DNA of 64,000 bases from assembly GCA_964458655.1 (NCBI GenBank), contig CAYWJT010000001.1:4145-68144 (forward strand). The letters are read 5' to 3'. Source of the stretch: an uncultured Eubacteriales bacterium (GTDB lineage Bacteria > Acidobacteriota > Aminicenantia > Aminicenantales > Saccharicenantaceae). The position numbers were made by a program, and so were the translations under genes. The notes beneath the pieces were generated by a model. It was given only the letters and a program-made list of their open reading frames with translations. It made no database searches and was not told the origin of the DNA. Shown in pieces: positions 33,188-44,439 of the stretch. Positions within the stretch are counted from its first letter, which is position 1, and each line of letters starts with the position of its first letter.

Positions 33188-35077
33188 TCAGGACAGGCCG
33201 ACGACCCGGCCGGTCTTCGGGTCGAGGTCGACCTCGTAGAACGCCGGCCGCGTGGGCAGCCCCGGCATGGTCCGCATATCGCCGCATAGAGGATAGAGGA
33301 AACCGGCCCCGATGCTGGCCCGGATGTCCCGGACCGGTATCCTGAAGCCCTTGGGCACACCCTTGAGCTCCGGCAGATGGCTCAGGCTGAGATGGGTCTT
33401 GGCCATGCAGATGGGCAGGTTGGCGAACCCCAGCCTGGTGTAGAGTTCGATCCTGGCCTCGGCCTCGGGAGCGTAATCCACGCCGTCGGCGCCGTAGATC
33501 TCGGTCGCGATGGTCTCGATCTTCTTCTTTATCGGCCACTCGAGCGGGTAGAGGAAGCGGAAATCGGACGGCTTTCGAGCGGCCTTGATCACGGCTTCGG
33601 CCAGCTCGACGGCGCCCGCGCCGCCTTCCGCCCAAACGTCGCAGGCCACGGCGTCCTCGGCGCCGGCCGCCATGGCCGCCCGCCTGACCATGTCTATCTC
33701 GGCGTCGGTGTCGGTCGTGAACCTGTTCACGGCCACGATGACGGAGACGCCGAACTTGAGCGCGTTCTTGATATGCGCGGTCAGGTTGCCGAGCCCCTTC
33801 TCCAGAAGCTCGAGGTTCTCTTTCGTATATTCAGGCGAGAGCGGCCTGCCGGCCACGACCTTGGGGCCGCCGCCGTGCATCTTCAGGGCCCGGACCGTAG
33901 CCACGATAACGACGCAATCCGGGGCCAGGCCGCTCGCGCGGCACTTGATGTTCATGAACTTTTCCATGCCGCAGTCGGCCCCGAAGCCGGACTCGGTCAC
34001 GACGTAGCCGTCCTCGCCGACCAGGCGCAGGGCGATGAGGTCGGCGATGACCGAAGAGTTGCCGTGCGCGATGTTGGCGAAAGGCCCGGCGTGGACCATG
34101 GCCGGCGTGTTCTCGAGCGTCTGCAGGAGGTTGGGCATGAGCGCGTCCTTCATCAGGACCGCCATGGCGCCCGCGACCCCCAGGTCGTCGGCCGTCACCG
34201 GCTCGCCGGAGCGGCTGGTGGCGACGACGACACGGCCGAGACGCTCCCGCATGTCGGCCGGACCGATGGTCAGGGCCAGGACGGCCATGACCTCGCTCGC
34301 CGCCGAGATGTCAAAGCCGGTCTCCCTGGACAGGCCCTCTTCCTCGGGGCCGAGCCCGATCCTCACCTGCCTCAGGAAACGGTCGCTGATGTCGATGACC
34401 CGGTTGACGGCTATCGAGGCCGGGTCGATGTCGAGGCGGAATATGCGACGTTTCTCTTCGGCGGTGAGTTCGTCCGGGTCGGACTTGTCGATGCCGAGCT
34501 TGCGGAGCCTGCGCATCAGGACGGGAGAAAAACAGCGCTTGCCTTGCTTGTCCCCCGGGCAGAAAGAATTGAACAGCTTCCTGTCGTCCTGACGGCTTTC
34601 GTGCAGGATGCGCGCGTCCAGAGCGGCCGCCATCAGGTCGTGAGCGGCCGTCACGGCGTGGATGTCGCCGGTCAGGTGCAGGTTGAGGTCCTCCATGGGC
34701 ACGATCTGGGCGTAGCCGCCGCCGGCGGCCCCGCCCTTGACGCCGAAGGTCGGACCCATGCTGGGCTGGCGGACGACGATGACCGCTTTTTTGCCCAGAT
34801 GGGCGCCGAGCGCCTGGCCGAGCCCGACAGTGACGGTCGTTTTCCCTTCGCCGAGGGGCGTGGGCGTGACGGCCGTCACGTCGATATACCGGCCCAGGGG
34901 CCTGCCTTTCATTTTGTCCAGCACGTCCAGGTGTATCTTGGCCTTGTACTTGCCGTAAAGCTCCAAGTCATCCTCGGGCAGGCCCAGTCGCGAGGCTATT
35001 TCAGCAATGGGCAGGAGCCTGGCCTGCTGGGCTATCTCGATGTCGGCAGGTATGGCCGCGGCGTTCTTTTCGGGCAT
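33188..35077 (-). CDS. fhs: Formate--tetrahydrofolate ligase
   Basis: [43 protein letters not shown] (P-loop) and the overall FTHFS signature blocks are present. The start is chosen at 35077; the longer ORF-track N-terminus has no RBS. Confidence 0.85.
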   Translation of the reverse strand: MPEKNAAAIPADIEIAQQARLLPIAEIASRLGLPEDDLELYGKYKAKIHLDVLDKMKGRPLGRYIDVTAVTPTPLGEGKTTVTVGLGQALGAHLGKKAVIVVRQPSMGPTFGVKGGAAGGGYAQIVPMEDLNLHLTGDIHAVTAAHDLMAAALDARILHESRQDDRKLFNSFCPGDKQGKRCFSPVLMRRLRKLGIDKSDPDELTAEEKRRIFRLDIDPASIAVNRVIDISDRFLRQVRIGLGPEEEGLSRETGFDISAASEVMAVLALTIGPADMRERLGRVVVATSRSGEPVTADDLGVAGAMAVLMKDALMPNLLQTLENTPAMVHAGPFANIAHGNSSVIADLIALRLVGEDGYVVTESGFGADCGMEKFMNIKCRASGLAPDCVVIVATVRALKMHGGGPKVVAGRPLSPEYTKENLELLEKGLGNLTAHIKNALKFGVSVIVAVNRFTTDTDAEIDMVRRAAMAAGAEDAVACDVWAEGGAGAVELAEAVIKAARKPSDFRFLYPLEWPIKKKIETIATEIYGADGVDYAPEAEARIELYTRLGFANLPICMAKTHLSLSHLPELKGVPKGFRIPVRDIRASIGAGFLYPLCGDMRTMPGLPTRPAFYEVDLDPKTGRVVGLS

Positions 35078-35254
35078 GGCTGTCTCCTTCGGTCCGGCTG
35101 CAAAATACGATAAACCCCCGTTCGGGCCCGGAGGGTCGGTCGTCCCCGCGGAGAGAAAGACGACAGCTTCAAACGTCCGCAGGGCCTCCGGCGGCCCGCC
35201 TATAAAAGCTATCGGAATAATATGATAGCAGAAGGACGAAGCCGGCCGCAAGCC

Positions 35255-36592
35255 TCAGAAGCTGATGGAGATGCTGCGGCCGCCGCTGCCGAACCTGGGG
35301 TTGACCACGTTGCTCTTGAGCGAGCCGAAGCTGAAGTTCAGCCCCGCTGAGAAAAAATAATCGTAAGAGGTCTGGAGCTGCTTCTGGCGCAGCAGCACTT
35401 CCTCGTAGGACGCCCCGCCCCGGGGCAGGAAGAGCTGGTCGTGGATGCGCGAGGCGCTGCCGCCGATCTCGAAGCTCAGGCCCTTCCAGACGCGCAAGGA
35501 AACTTCGCCGTTGAGCTCCAGCCTGTATTTCTTGAGGTCGTGGAGGTAATGGGAGCCCTTCAGGCCGGCGCTGATCGTGCCCCATGGCCTCTTTATCTCG
35601 TATTCGAAAGAGAGCGATTCGCTCAGCCTGGTCTCGGCCGTCTTGAAGAAGATGGTCTCTTCAATGTAGCGGACCGACGAAAGGCCGAACAGGTACAGGA
35701 TGCGAAGCTGTCTTTTGGTGGACTCGTCATAGGGGAAGATGTCGTATTCCAGCGCCGGGGCCAGGCTGCCTCCGAGCTTCAGGTTCTGGTAGGTCGAGGA
35801 ATTGACGCTGACGAAGGCCCCCGCCGACCAGTGCCGGCCTAGGCTGAAGACGAACAGGCCCGAATAGCCGTAGCCGTGCGACTTGCTGGTGACGGTGGAG
35901 CCGTCGAAGCTGAATTCCTGGCGCTGGAAGTTAGCGAAGACCGACATGCGGATCTTCTGCTCCGGCGTCACCCGGTTGGCCGAGAAGGACCCGTAGTACA
36001 TGCCGTCCTTGTACTGCTCCTGGCCGTCGAGGAAGCTGCTGGCGTTCAGGTTGAAGACCCAGAATCTCCAGGGGTCGACGACCGAGGTCGGCTTGACCTG
36101 CTCCTGGAACGAGACGGAGATGTGCTTGGCCAGCGGCGTCTTGGCGGCGTAGCGGAGGAGGCCGAGCCGCAGCGCCTGGGTCAGGGCCCGGTCCTTATCC
36201 TCTGGCGCGGCCGGTTCCCCGGCCGGGACCTCAATCGTGTTGCGGTCGCCCTCGAAACGCCCCCGGCCCTGGAAGGCGAGCGCGAGGCACGGCCGGCCCT
36301 CCTTTTCCGACGGCTTCACGGACACGACGACGTCGGCCTCTTCCGGGGCGGGCACGAACGTCGCGAAAGGTATCTCCGAGCGCAAGAGGTCGGCGTTGAA
36401 CCGCGGCATGTCCACGAAAACCCGCAGCGGTTCGCCGTTGCCGGCCGCCTGGGCGTCGGCGCCCGCCGCGCCGGACAGGACGGCGGCCAGAACGGTCAGG
36501 GCCGCGACGCAGGTCATGAAGGCCTCGAGCGCCGGCCCAACTGCCCGAAGTCCGGTCCCGCGCTTCCCGCGTGTCTTTCCGGTCTCGCTCAT
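35255..36592 (-). CDS. Predicted outer-membrane beta-barrel protein, paralog 1 of 2
   Basis: It has a signal peptide, alternating amphipathic beta-strand pattern, and terminal ...SISISF. It is about 30-35% identical to the next gene over its full length. Confidence 0.6.
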   Translation of the reverse strand: MSETGKTRGKRGTGLRAVGPALEAFMTCVAALTVLAAVLSGAAGADAQAAGNGEPLRVFVDMPRFNADLLRSEIPFATFVPAPEEADVVVSVKPSEKEGRPCLALAFQGRGRFEGDRNTIEVPAGEPAAPEDKDRALTQALRLGLLRYAAKTPLAKHISVSFQEQVKPTSVVDPWRFWVFNLNASSFLDGQEQYKDGMYYGSFSANRVTPEQKIRMSVFANFQRQEFSFDGSTVTSKSHGYGYSGLFVFSLGRHWSAGAFVSVNSSTYQNLKLGGSLAPALEYDIFPYDESTKRQLRILYLFGLSSVRYIEETIFFKTAETRLSESLSFEYEIKRPWGTISAGLKGSHYLHDLKKYRLELNGEVSLRVWKGLSFEIGGSASRIHDQLFLPRGGASYEEVLLRQKQLQTSYDYFFSAGLNFSFGSLKSNVVNPRFGSGGRSISISF

Positions 36593-36608
36593 AACGCTTC
36601 TCCAGCCT

Positions 36609-37925
36609 CTAATTGATCATGATCGACATCGATCTCCCGCCGGCGCGGCCGAAACGGGGGTTGATGACGTTCGTGAATATCGAACCGAAGCTGAACTGCA
36701 GGCCGAAGGAAAAGAAGTAGCTGTAGGTCGTGGCCAGCTCCTTTTGCCTGAGCAGGACGTCCTCGTAGCTCAGGCCCGCCCGGGGCAGCGAGAGCTGGTC
36801 GTGGATCTTGGAGCCGCCGCCCAGGGCGTAGACGTTGAGCCCTTTGACGACGTTGACGCTGACGATGCCGAAGATGTTCAGCCGGTTCTTGGAAAAATCG
36901 TGGAAGTAGTTGGAGCCCGAGACCGAGACGCTGACCGTCCCCCATTTTTCCCGGAGGTCCAGGTTGACCGACAACGATTGCTGCCAGAGGGTCTCCCTGG
37001 TCTTGAAGTAGATCGTCTCTTCGATGTAGCGGACGGCGTTAATGCCGGCCCTGTAGAGGAAACGCAGCTGGCGCCTGGTAGACTGGGAGTAGGGGAAGGC
37101 GTTGAACTCGATAGCCGGCGCCACGGCCAGGCTCAGGTCCGTGTTGCTGTAAGTGGACGACTCGCCGTCGAGGTAAAAGCCGGCCGACCAATGCTCGCCC
37201 AGGCTCTTCACGAACAGGCCGGTCCCGTACCAGCCGTGCCTCTTTCCAGTGATCGTCTCGTCCTCGTACTTGAAGACGCTCTTGGAGTAGTCGGTCGAAA
37301 AGCCCAGGCGTATCTTGGAGGCGGGCGTGACGCGGTTGGCGGACAGGGACAGGTCCGTGCTGACGTACTTGTAGGATTCTTCGCCGCTGAAGTAGCCGCT
37401 CAGGTTGGCGCTGAACACCCAGTAGTCCCACCTGTCCCGGGCCTCGGCGGCGGCCGGCGGCGCGGTGAAGCGGACGCTGAGGCGGCTCGAGATGGGCGTC
37501 CGGGCGACGTAGCTCATCAGGCCGAGCTTCAGGGAGTTGACCAGCCCGACTCGCACCTCGTCCTCGGTGTCGGTCTTGTTGGAGAAGTACTTCTGGACGT
37601 CGTCGCAGCCCGCGAACTCGTTCTGGCCGATGAAGGTCAGGGTGTATTCGCGGCCGCCGCTTCCGGTCGACTGGGTGGTGACCAGGACGTGGACCTGGGC
37701 TTCTTTGCGGTCCCGGACGTAATTGACGTAGGTGATCTCGGTCTTGATGTACTCGACGTCGCAGAAGCCGCAGTCGAGGTAGACCTTGACCGCGGTCTTC
37801 TTGAGGGATTCCAGGTCCTGGGAATCGGGCTGACCGACCCCGGCGGGCTGGGCGGCCGCGGTCCCCAGGCCCAGGCCGAGGATGAGAAGCAGCGCGAGCA
37901 GCGGATTTCGTCCTGACGACCCCAT
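36609..37925 (-). CDS. Predicted outer-membrane beta-barrel protein, paralog 2 of 2
   Basis: Start MGSSGRNPLLALLLILGLGLGTAAAQ. The C-terminal half (LRQKELATTYSYFFSFGLQFSFGS...) is colinear with paralog 1. Confidence 0.6.
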   Translation of the reverse strand: MGSSGRNPLLALLLILGLGLGTAAAQPAGVGQPDSQDLESLKKTAVKVYLDCGFCDVEYIKTEITYVNYVRDRKEAQVHVLVTTQSTGSGGREYTLTFIGQNEFAGCDDVQKYFSNKTDTEDEVRVGLVNSLKLGLMSYVARTPISSRLSVRFTAPPAAAEARDRWDYWVFSANLSGYFSGEESYKYVSTDLSLSANRVTPASKIRLGFSTDYSKSVFKYEDETITGKRHGWYGTGLFVKSLGEHWSAGFYLDGESSTYSNTDLSLAVAPAIEFNAFPYSQSTRRQLRFLYRAGINAVRYIEETIYFKTRETLWQQSLSVNLDLREKWGTVSVSVSGSNYFHDFSKNRLNIFGIVSVNVVKGLNVYALGGGSKIHDQLSLPRAGLSYEDVLLRQKELATTYSYFFSFGLQFSFGSIFTNVINPRFGRAGGRSMSIMIN

Positions 37926-38258
37926 TCTTTCCACTCCAGCATAAGCGTTAAGAGGATATCTATTTAAAAGCCGCAGCATGAAACGTGCCAGCGCCTAAGA
38001 AAGAGGCGGCCGGCGCAGCCCTGAGATCGGGCTACACTGCCACGCGGGACCGGCTCGCTCGCGGATGAGCGGATGAAGACGCGGCCGCCCGCCTGTCGCG
38101 GGGCCGGGCCGCCGTTCCGGTCGCCTTGAGCCACGGCCGTTCCACGGCCTGCCAGCAGCTGCTTCTACTTAATACGCGGCTAGGCCTTCAGAAGTTACGG
38201 CGGCAAGAAAATTTACGCGGCTGAAACTATTTTTCAGGCGGCGCCGTCCCGAGCGCCC

Positions 38259-39518
38259 TCAGAAGAAATAGTAAACCGCGACGAGGAGGCGGAGGTTGGC
38301 CTTGTAGGCGGCGTCGCGGACGTTGCCCGAAGCGTCGGGCGCGCCGTAGGCCGCAGCGGTCAGTTCCGCCTCGGCCGCCAGACGCGTCTTGCCGGCGTTG
38401 CGGACGAGGCGCGGCGAGACGCGATAGGCCGAGGCGATATCCGCGCCCCGGGCGTAAACCGCGAGGGGCACCGGTCGCGTCGCGCCGAGGTTCCGGCAGT
38501 ATCCCGCGAAGACGCCCGTCTGCCAGGTCTGGCCGTTCGTGTGGGCCTCCGCCCAAAAAGAAAGCGTCTCGAACGGGGCGTAGTCCCAGCTCAGCCGGAT
38601 ATCGTCGGTCACGCCGCGCACGCCGTAGCCGCCGAGCATGGTCAGGTGGTGCAGGTTCTGCCCGTAAACCGCCTGGAATTTGAAGGTCAGGCCGGGCCAC
38701 CTGCGCTTGAAGAAGAAAGCCCCGGCGAAAGTTCCGAGCGTTTCGTCGGCGGGATAGCCGGCCGCGGTCTTCAACCGCGGCGCGATCTTCAGGAAATCGG
38801 CCGAGGCCCCGGCCAGGGTTTCGGTGCCCCGGGCTTCGTCCTTCGCCGACCACTGGGCCTTGAGGTTGAACTCGGGCAGGGCCGCGTTCCTGATGTAGGC
38901 GGTGCTCGGGCCGTCCGGGCCGGTGCTGGTGAAATCCCGCTGGGAAAGGGCGGTCGCGGTGACGCTCAGGCGTCCCGGTTTCCAGGTGAAGCGCGCCTGC
39001 GGGCTGCGGTTGAAGGGCTGGAAGGGCGCGCCGGTGTTAAAAGAGACGACGTCTGGGAAGCTCTCGGTTACGAACAGCGGGTGCCAGAACTGGCCGACCA
39101 TGAGCTCCGAACGCTTCCACTCGAGCCGGGCGAAGGCGTGGCGCAGCCTGAAGCCGTTCAGGTCGGATTCGGAGGTCCCGAAGAACTCGGTCTCTATGTA
39201 GGCCGAGGACCTGGCGCCCAGAACGTCAGGGCCGGTTATCCTGCCGGCGAGCCGGGTCTGGATCGACAGCATATGGAAGGTCGGCCGGCTGTTGACGTCG
39301 CTCCCGTCGGGCGCGATGTCCGGGCCCTTGGGGTAGAGAAGATAATGACCTTCGCGGATGCCGACCGTCTGCCGGCTGTCGTAGAAGACGTCGGTCTTGA
39401 CGTAGCCGGAAAAGCTTATGCCGAACGCGGCCGGACTTTTCTCTTCGGCCCGCGCGGCCGGAGGCGCGGACGCCGCCAGGCACGCGGTCAGGCAAACCGC
39501 CGGGAGCGCTTTTTTCAT
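38259..39518 (-). CDS. Outer-membrane porin, family unassigned
   Basis: Signal MKKALPAVCLTACLAASAPPAARA. Beta-barrel pattern. The C-terminus ...LLVAVYYFF has the typical terminal aromatic residue. Confidence 0.6.
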   Translation of the reverse strand: MKKALPAVCLTACLAASAPPAARAEEKSPAAFGISFSGYVKTDVFYDSRQTVGIREGHYLLYPKGPDIAPDGSDVNSRPTFHMLSIQTRLAGRITGPDVLGARSSAYIETEFFGTSESDLNGFRLRHAFARLEWKRSELMVGQFWHPLFVTESFPDVVSFNTGAPFQPFNRSPQARFTWKPGRLSVTATALSQRDFTSTGPDGPSTAYIRNAALPEFNLKAQWSAKDEARGTETLAGASADFLKIAPRLKTAAGYPADETLGTFAGAFFFKRRWPGLTFKFQAVYGQNLHHLTMLGGYGVRGVTDDIRLSWDYAPFETLSFWAEAHTNGQTWQTGVFAGYCRNLGATRPVPLAVYARGADIASAYRVSPRLVRNAGKTRLAAEAELTAAAYGAPDASGNVRDAAYKANLRLLVAVYYFF

Positions 39519-39569
39519 GCGGATATTAATAGCAGAAAAGGCCCTCGAAATATACAAGGCGCGGGCTCT

Positions 39570-42269
39570 TCAGGAGACGCCCGGCTCCAGGTCCTTGGAT
39601 ACCTCGACCAGGGAGCTTTCCAGGTTCCTGACGATGTGGAATCCCCGCCGCTCGAAAACGGCGATCATCCTGGGGTTGTCGGTCGTCGTGACTGCCGTGA
39701 CGCGCCGTATGCCCCAGCGCCTGGCGATCTCGATACAGTGGTCGGTCAGGAGGCCGCCGACGCCCCTGTTCTGCCAGGCGTCCTGGACCAGGACGGCGTA
39801 TTCCGCCTCGCCGCGGCCGGGTTCGGCGATGAGGCGGCCGATGCCGATTATCCTGCGCCGGCCGTCCGCGACGGTTTCAGCGACCAGGGCCATCTCGCGC
39901 TCGTAGTCGATGTAGCAGTAGCGGCTGGCGACCTCGTGGGACTGCCAGAAGAAGAAATAGCGGAAGCGGGAATAGATGGTTTCCCGGGAGCAGCTGGCCA
40001 GCAGCTCCAGCCAGAGCGGCTCGTCCTCGGGCTTGATGGGCCGGAAGGTGACATCCGTCCCGTCGCGCGTCCTGGAAGTGAAGATGAACTCCTCCGGATA
40101 CGGCCTCATGGCCAGGTGGCTGTAAGGCTCCGGCGGGTTGCGGAGCGCTTCGGGGTCGGCCACGACGCGGGCATCCAGGGCGACCGTCCCGTCGGCCGAG
40201 GCCAGGAGCGGGTTTATGTCGAGCTCGGCGATCTCGGGGAAATCGACGGCGATATAGGAGAGGCGGATGACGGCCTCGACGAGCTTGGCCATGTCGACCG
40301 CCGGCCGGCCGCGGAAGCCCTGCAGGAGCGGCCAGACCCTGAGCTTCTCGAGCAGCCTGCGGGCCAGCCGTTCGTTGCGGGGCGGGAAGCCGATCGAAGT
40401 GTCGCGGTAGACCTCGGCGGCCGTGCCGCCCAACCCGGCCATGATGACGGTGCCGAAGGTCTGGTCCTTCTTGACGCCCAGGAGGAGCTCGACCGCTCCG
40501 GGCAGACGCTCCATCTTCTGGATGGTCACGCCCTCGAGCCTGGCCTCCGGCATCCTCTCGCGGACGCTCCGCAGCATGCCGTGGAAAGCGGCCTCGACCA
40601 TCTCGGCGTCCTCGAGGTCGAGGGCGACGCCGCCGACATCGGTCTTGTGGGTGATGTCCGGCGAGAGGATCTTCATCACGACCGGGTATCCGGCCTTTTC
40701 CGCGGCGGCCACGGCCTCCGCCGCCGTCCGGGCCGGGACGGGGACGGTCACCGGGATGCCGTAAGCCGCCAAGAGCGACTTGGCCTCCGTTTCCGGGAGC
40801 GGGCCGGCGGTCCGGCGCAGGACGTCCAGGAACCGGGAGCGGACCAGTTTGCGGTCTTCCGGGAAGACGACGTTTATTTCCCGCGGCGTCTCGTAAAGGA
40901 TCTCGAGGTTGCGGGCGTAGCCGACGAGCGTCATGAAGGCGTTGACCGCCTGTTCGGGCGTCGTGTAGGAGGGGACGCCGGCGTCGTTCAGGATCTGGAC
41001 GCCCTCCTTCATGCTCATCCCTCCCAGCCAGGCCGCCAGGACGGGCTTGGCCGTTCCGGAGGCGATGGCGCTCACCTCCCGGGCGATGGCCGCGGGGTTG
41101 GTCATGGCCTGGGGCGTGACGATGACGAGCAGGGCGTCGACGCCTTCGTCCTGGAGGATGAACTGGGCGGCCTTGGCGACCAGCTTGCTCTTGGCGTCGC
41201 CGAGCACGTCGACCGGGTTGCGACGGGACCACTGCGGCGGCAGGTTCTCGTCGAGGAGGCGCATGGTCGCCTCCGAGAGCCGGGCCATGGTCCCGCCCGA
41301 GGCGAGCAGGGCGTCCGTGGCCATGACGCCCGGCCCTCCGGCGTTGGTCAGTATGGCCAGCCGGGGGCCTCTCGGGATCTTCTGGCGGCCGATGAGCTCG
41401 GTGCAGTCGAAGATCTCGCCGATGTCGAAGACCCGGGCCAGGCCCATCCTTTCGAAGGCCGCGTCGAAGACGCTGTCCTCGGCGGCGAGCGCGCCCGTGT
41501 GGGAGGCGGCGGCCGCCGCCGATTCCGGGAAGCGGCCGGCCTTGTAGACGATGATGGGTTTCGTCCTGGCGAAAGACCTGGCCGCGGCCATGAATTTCCT
41601 GGCGTTGCGGATGGACTCGATGTAGAGGATGATCGACTTGGTCTGCTCGTCCTCGCCAAGGTAGTCGATGAGGTCGCCGAAGTCGACATCGGCCATGTTG
41701 CCGACCGAGATGAAATACGAGAAGCCGATCTTCTCCTCGGCCGCCCAGTCGAGAACGGACGTGCAGAGAGCGCCCGACTGGGAGATGAAGGCGACGTTTC
41801 CAGCCCTGGGCATGGAGGCGGCGAAGCTGGCGTTCATCTGCTGGCCCGGGGAAATGACGCCCAGACAGTTGGGCCCGATTATCCTGAGGCCTTCGAAGGC
41901 GGCGGCTTCCCTGACCACCTGCTCCTCGAGGGCGAGGCCTTCCGGCCCGGTTTCACGGAAGCCGGCCGAGACGATGATCAGGCCGCCGACGCCGGCCCGG
42001 CCCGCTTCCCGGACGAGCGCCGGCACCTGCGGGGCCGGCGCGCAGATTATGCCCAGGTCCGGCGTCCTGGGGAGCGAAGCAATGTCTGGATAGCAGGGGA
42101 TGCCCATGACGGCCTCTGAGGCCGGGTTGACGGGGTAGACGACGCCCCGGAAGCCTCCGCCCACCAGGTTGGCCAGTATGCGGCCGCCGACGCTCTTGGG
42201 GTTGGGCGTAACACCGACCAGGGCGATGCGCTGCGGCTTGAATATCTTGTCGAGGTTCCTGATGCTCAT
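39570..42269 (-). CDS. Pat-like protein acetyltransferase: NDP-forming acyl-CoA synthetase domains fused to a C-terminal GNAT domain
   Basis: CoA-binding and ATP-grasp blocks (RIALVGVT, GPNCLGVI, ISQSGAL..., MKILSPDITHKTDVGGV) are followed by a GNAT fold (QNRGVGGLL). It is 900 aa, the same architecture as enterobacterial Pat/YfiQ. Confidence 0.75.
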   Translation of the reverse strand: MSIRNLDKIFKPQRIALVGVTPNPKSVGGRILANLVGGGFRGVVYPVNPASEAVMGIPCYPDIASLPRTPDLGIICAPAPQVPALVREAGRAGVGGLIIVSAGFRETGPEGLALEEQVVREAAAFEGLRIIGPNCLGVISPGQQMNASFAASMPRAGNVAFISQSGALCTSVLDWAAEEKIGFSYFISVGNMADVDFGDLIDYLGEDEQTKSIILYIESIRNARKFMAAARSFARTKPIIVYKAGRFPESAAAAASHTGALAAEDSVFDAAFERMGLARVFDIGEIFDCTELIGRQKIPRGPRLAILTNAGGPGVMATDALLASGGTMARLSEATMRLLDENLPPQWSRRNPVDVLGDAKSKLVAKAAQFILQDEGVDALLVIVTPQAMTNPAAIAREVSAIASGTAKPVLAAWLGGMSMKEGVQILNDAGVPSYTTPEQAVNAFMTLVGYARNLEILYETPREINVVFPEDRKLVRSRFLDVLRRTAGPLPETEAKSLLAAYGIPVTVPVPARTAAEAVAAAEKAGYPVVMKILSPDITHKTDVGGVALDLEDAEMVEAAFHGMLRSVRERMPEARLEGVTIQKMERLPGAVELLLGVKKDQTFGTVIMAGLGGTAAEVYRDTSIGFPPRNERLARRLLEKLRVWPLLQGFRGRPAVDMAKLVEAVIRLSYIAVDFPEIAELDINPLLASADGTVALDARVVADPEALRNPPEPYSHLAMRPYPEEFIFTSRTRDGTDVTFRPIKPEDEPLWLELLASCSRETIYSRFRYFFFWQSHEVASRYCYIDYEREMALVAETVADGRRRIIGIGRLIAEPGRGEAEYAVLVQDAWQNRGVGGLLTDHCIEIARRWGIRRVTAVTTTDNPRMIAVFERRGFHIVRNLESSLVEVSKDLEPGVS

Positions 42270-42427
42270 AGGTCCTCCGCGCCTGGCGTAATCCTCTATT
42301 CTGCCCCAGGCCGGGCCCGATTTCAACAGCCCGCGTTGAATCATCTAAAATGCAGCCGAAATCCCTGGAGGAGAAAGGTGGCGGAAGGACCGTGAACTTT
42401 GCGCTCGGCGCCCGGCGGGCCGCAGGG

Positions 42428-44401
42428 TCAATCCCGAGGGCCGAAGGGCAGGCCGGCCCGCAGCCCGAAAGAGGCCGTGAAACCTGGCGCGCCGTATCCC
42501 CAGACCGTTTCGTGGCGGGCGTTGAATATGTTCTCGAGCCTGACGATGAAGCCGAGCCGGCCGGCGAGCGGCCCTGAAAGGCAGATGTCGACGAGGCTGT
42601 AGGCCGGCAGTTCGACTGTCGAGTAAGGGGAGGAGCTGAAGTCGCGGTCGGGCCGGCGGCCGACCGCGAGCAGCGCGACGCTCGCGTCGTACCGTCCGAA
42701 CAGGCGGCCGTAAACCTCTGCCCAGAGCTTGTGCTTCGGCCTCCGCAGAAGGGCCTGCCCCGTGCCGGCGTCCCGCGCGTCGAGCGTCGTGTAGGACATC
42801 CTGAGCCCGAACCGCCGCGAGGGCCTCACTTCGAGCGAAGTCTCGACTCCGCTCGTCCGGGCCCGGCCGAGATTCACGTAGCCCGCCTGGAAGTCGAAGT
42901 CGATAAGCTCGCGGAAGCGGTTCGAGAACAGCGTGACGGCCGCCGACGAGCTTCCGCTGAAGAAAGGCTGCTCCAGGCCGACTTCCCAGCCGGTCAGGCG
43001 CTCGGGTTGGAGGTCGGGGTTGCCTATCGGTCCCCATGAGGTCGGCGGCGCGAACAGCTGGTAAAGCGTCGGGGCTTTGAAGGCCGTGCCCAGCGACGCC
43101 TTGACTCTCGTGCCCCAGGGTCCAAGCACGCACATGGGAGAGACCCGGAAGGTGCCGGCCGAGCCGGCGCGGGAATGGCGGTCGAAACGGGCCCCGGCCG
43201 TCATGAAGAAGCGCTCGCGGGCGGCGACCCGGGCCTGGAAATAAGCGCCGGCCGAGCCCGATGACGTCGCGGGCAGACGACTCTCGTCGACGCCCCACTC
43301 GGAAACGTAAGCGTATTCCGAGCCGCCGCGCTCGCGCTCCAGCTCGGCGCCCGCGCTCAGCGTCAGCCAGGGCCTGACGTAAAAATTGTTCTGCCAGCCG
43401 AGCTTGAGGAGCGAGCTCGAGAACCGGCCGCGCTCGCTCTGGGAAAGATGGGCCTCGTCGGCCGGGTTATCCAGTCGTCGCGACGAGGCGGTCGCTTCCA
43501 CGCAAAGCCTCTGCTCCCAGGTCTTTTCGACCGGAAAGGAACTGAAAGCCAGGCGGGCCGCGACGTTGCCGTAGCGTTCCACGTCGTTGGGGTCGTCGCC
43601 GTAAGGGCCGCCGAAGGCGTCGATCTCGGTCCGAGATATGACCGAGCGAAGCAGGAACGAAAGCGCGGCGCCCGGCTTCGTTTCGTATCCCAGGTTGAGC
43701 GACAGTGTCGCGCCGCGGAAGCCGTCAGCTTCGCTGTTGCCGGGGTAGGCGTCGGAAGCCGCCGAAAGGCCGGCGGTCGCTTCCAGGGCGGCGGTGACCG
43801 CGTAACTGAGCCGGCCGGAAGCCGCCGAAAAGTCGGCCGCGGCCGAGGCGGACCCGTAGGAGCCGCCCGCGAGGTAGAGATCGGCCGTGTTCTCCGTCCC
43901 GCCCCGCTTGGTGATGATGTTTATGACGCCGCCCATGGCGTCGGAGCCGTAGAGGGTGCTCTGCGGACCGCGCAGCACTTCCACCCTGGCTACGTCGGCG
44001 AGGTTGATGTGGGCGAGGTCGAACGAGCGGCCCGGGTTGACCGGGTCGTTGAGCTCGAGGCCGTCGAGCAGGACCAGGGTGTGTTCGGAGTTCGCGCCCC
44101 GGATCATCAGGGACGACAGGCCGCCCCGGCCGCCGGCGCGGACCAGGTTCGTGCCCGGCACAGCGGCCAGGGCCTCGGCCAGGACGGTTTTCCCGGTCCT
44201 GCGAAGCTCGTCCCCGGTTATCACCGTGATCGAATCGGCGGTATCCTTGAGAGGGGTTTCCAGACGCGCGGCCGTGACGACTACTTCATGATGCAGGCCC
44301 TGGGCCTGTTTCGCGTCGTTCGGCGGGCCGGAGGCTTCCTGAGCGGCCGCGAGGGAAAGCATGAGGCAGAGGCCCGCGGCCGGGATGAGCGGCTTGTTCA
44401 T
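42428..44401 (-). CDS. TonB-dependent outer-membrane receptor, BtuB-like
   Basis: GGGAGG RBS. Signal MNKPLIPAAGLCLMLSLAAAQEA. TonB-box-like EVVVTAAR. Plug domain (ITVITGDELRRTGKTVLAEALAAVPG, LRGPQSTLYGSDAMGGVINIITKRG). 22-strand barrel length. Preceded by a cobalamin riboswitch. Confidence 0.8.
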   Translation of the reverse strand: MNKPLIPAAGLCLMLSLAAAQEASGPPNDAKQAQGLHHEVVVTAARLETPLKDTADSITVITGDELRRTGKTVLAEALAAVPGTNLVRAGGRGGLSSLMIRGANSEHTLVLLDGLELNDPVNPGRSFDLAHINLADVARVEVLRGPQSTLYGSDAMGGVINIITKRGGTENTADLYLAGGSYGSASAAADFSAASGRLSYAVTAALEATAGLSAASDAYPGNSEADGFRGATLSLNLGYETKPGAALSFLLRSVISRTEIDAFGGPYGDDPNDVERYGNVAARLAFSSFPVEKTWEQRLCVEATASSRRLDNPADEAHLSQSERGRFSSSLLKLGWQNNFYVRPWLTLSAGAELERERGGSEYAYVSEWGVDESRLPATSSGSAGAYFQARVAARERFFMTAGARFDRHSRAGSAGTFRVSPMCVLGPWGTRVKASLGTAFKAPTLYQLFAPPTSWGPIGNPDLQPERLTGWEVGLEQPFFSGSSSAAVTLFSNRFRELIDFDFQAGYVNLGRARTSGVETSLEVRPSRRFGLRMSYTTLDARDAGTGQALLRRPKHKLWAEVYGRLFGRYDASVALLAVGRRPDRDFSSSPYSTVELPAYSLVDICLSGPLAGRLGFIVRLENIFNARHETVWGYGAPGFTASFGLRAGLPFGPRD

Positions 44402-44439
44402 ACGGCGACCTCCCTGAGTTCTCAACCGCAGGGGGCAAG

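Noticed and set aside
38541-42119. 1192-aa plus-strand ORF spanning the porin and Pat-like genes
   Set aside because: It is antisense to two convincing minus-strand genes, its translation is low-complexity Gly/Arg/Asp-rich, and it has no plausible start context.
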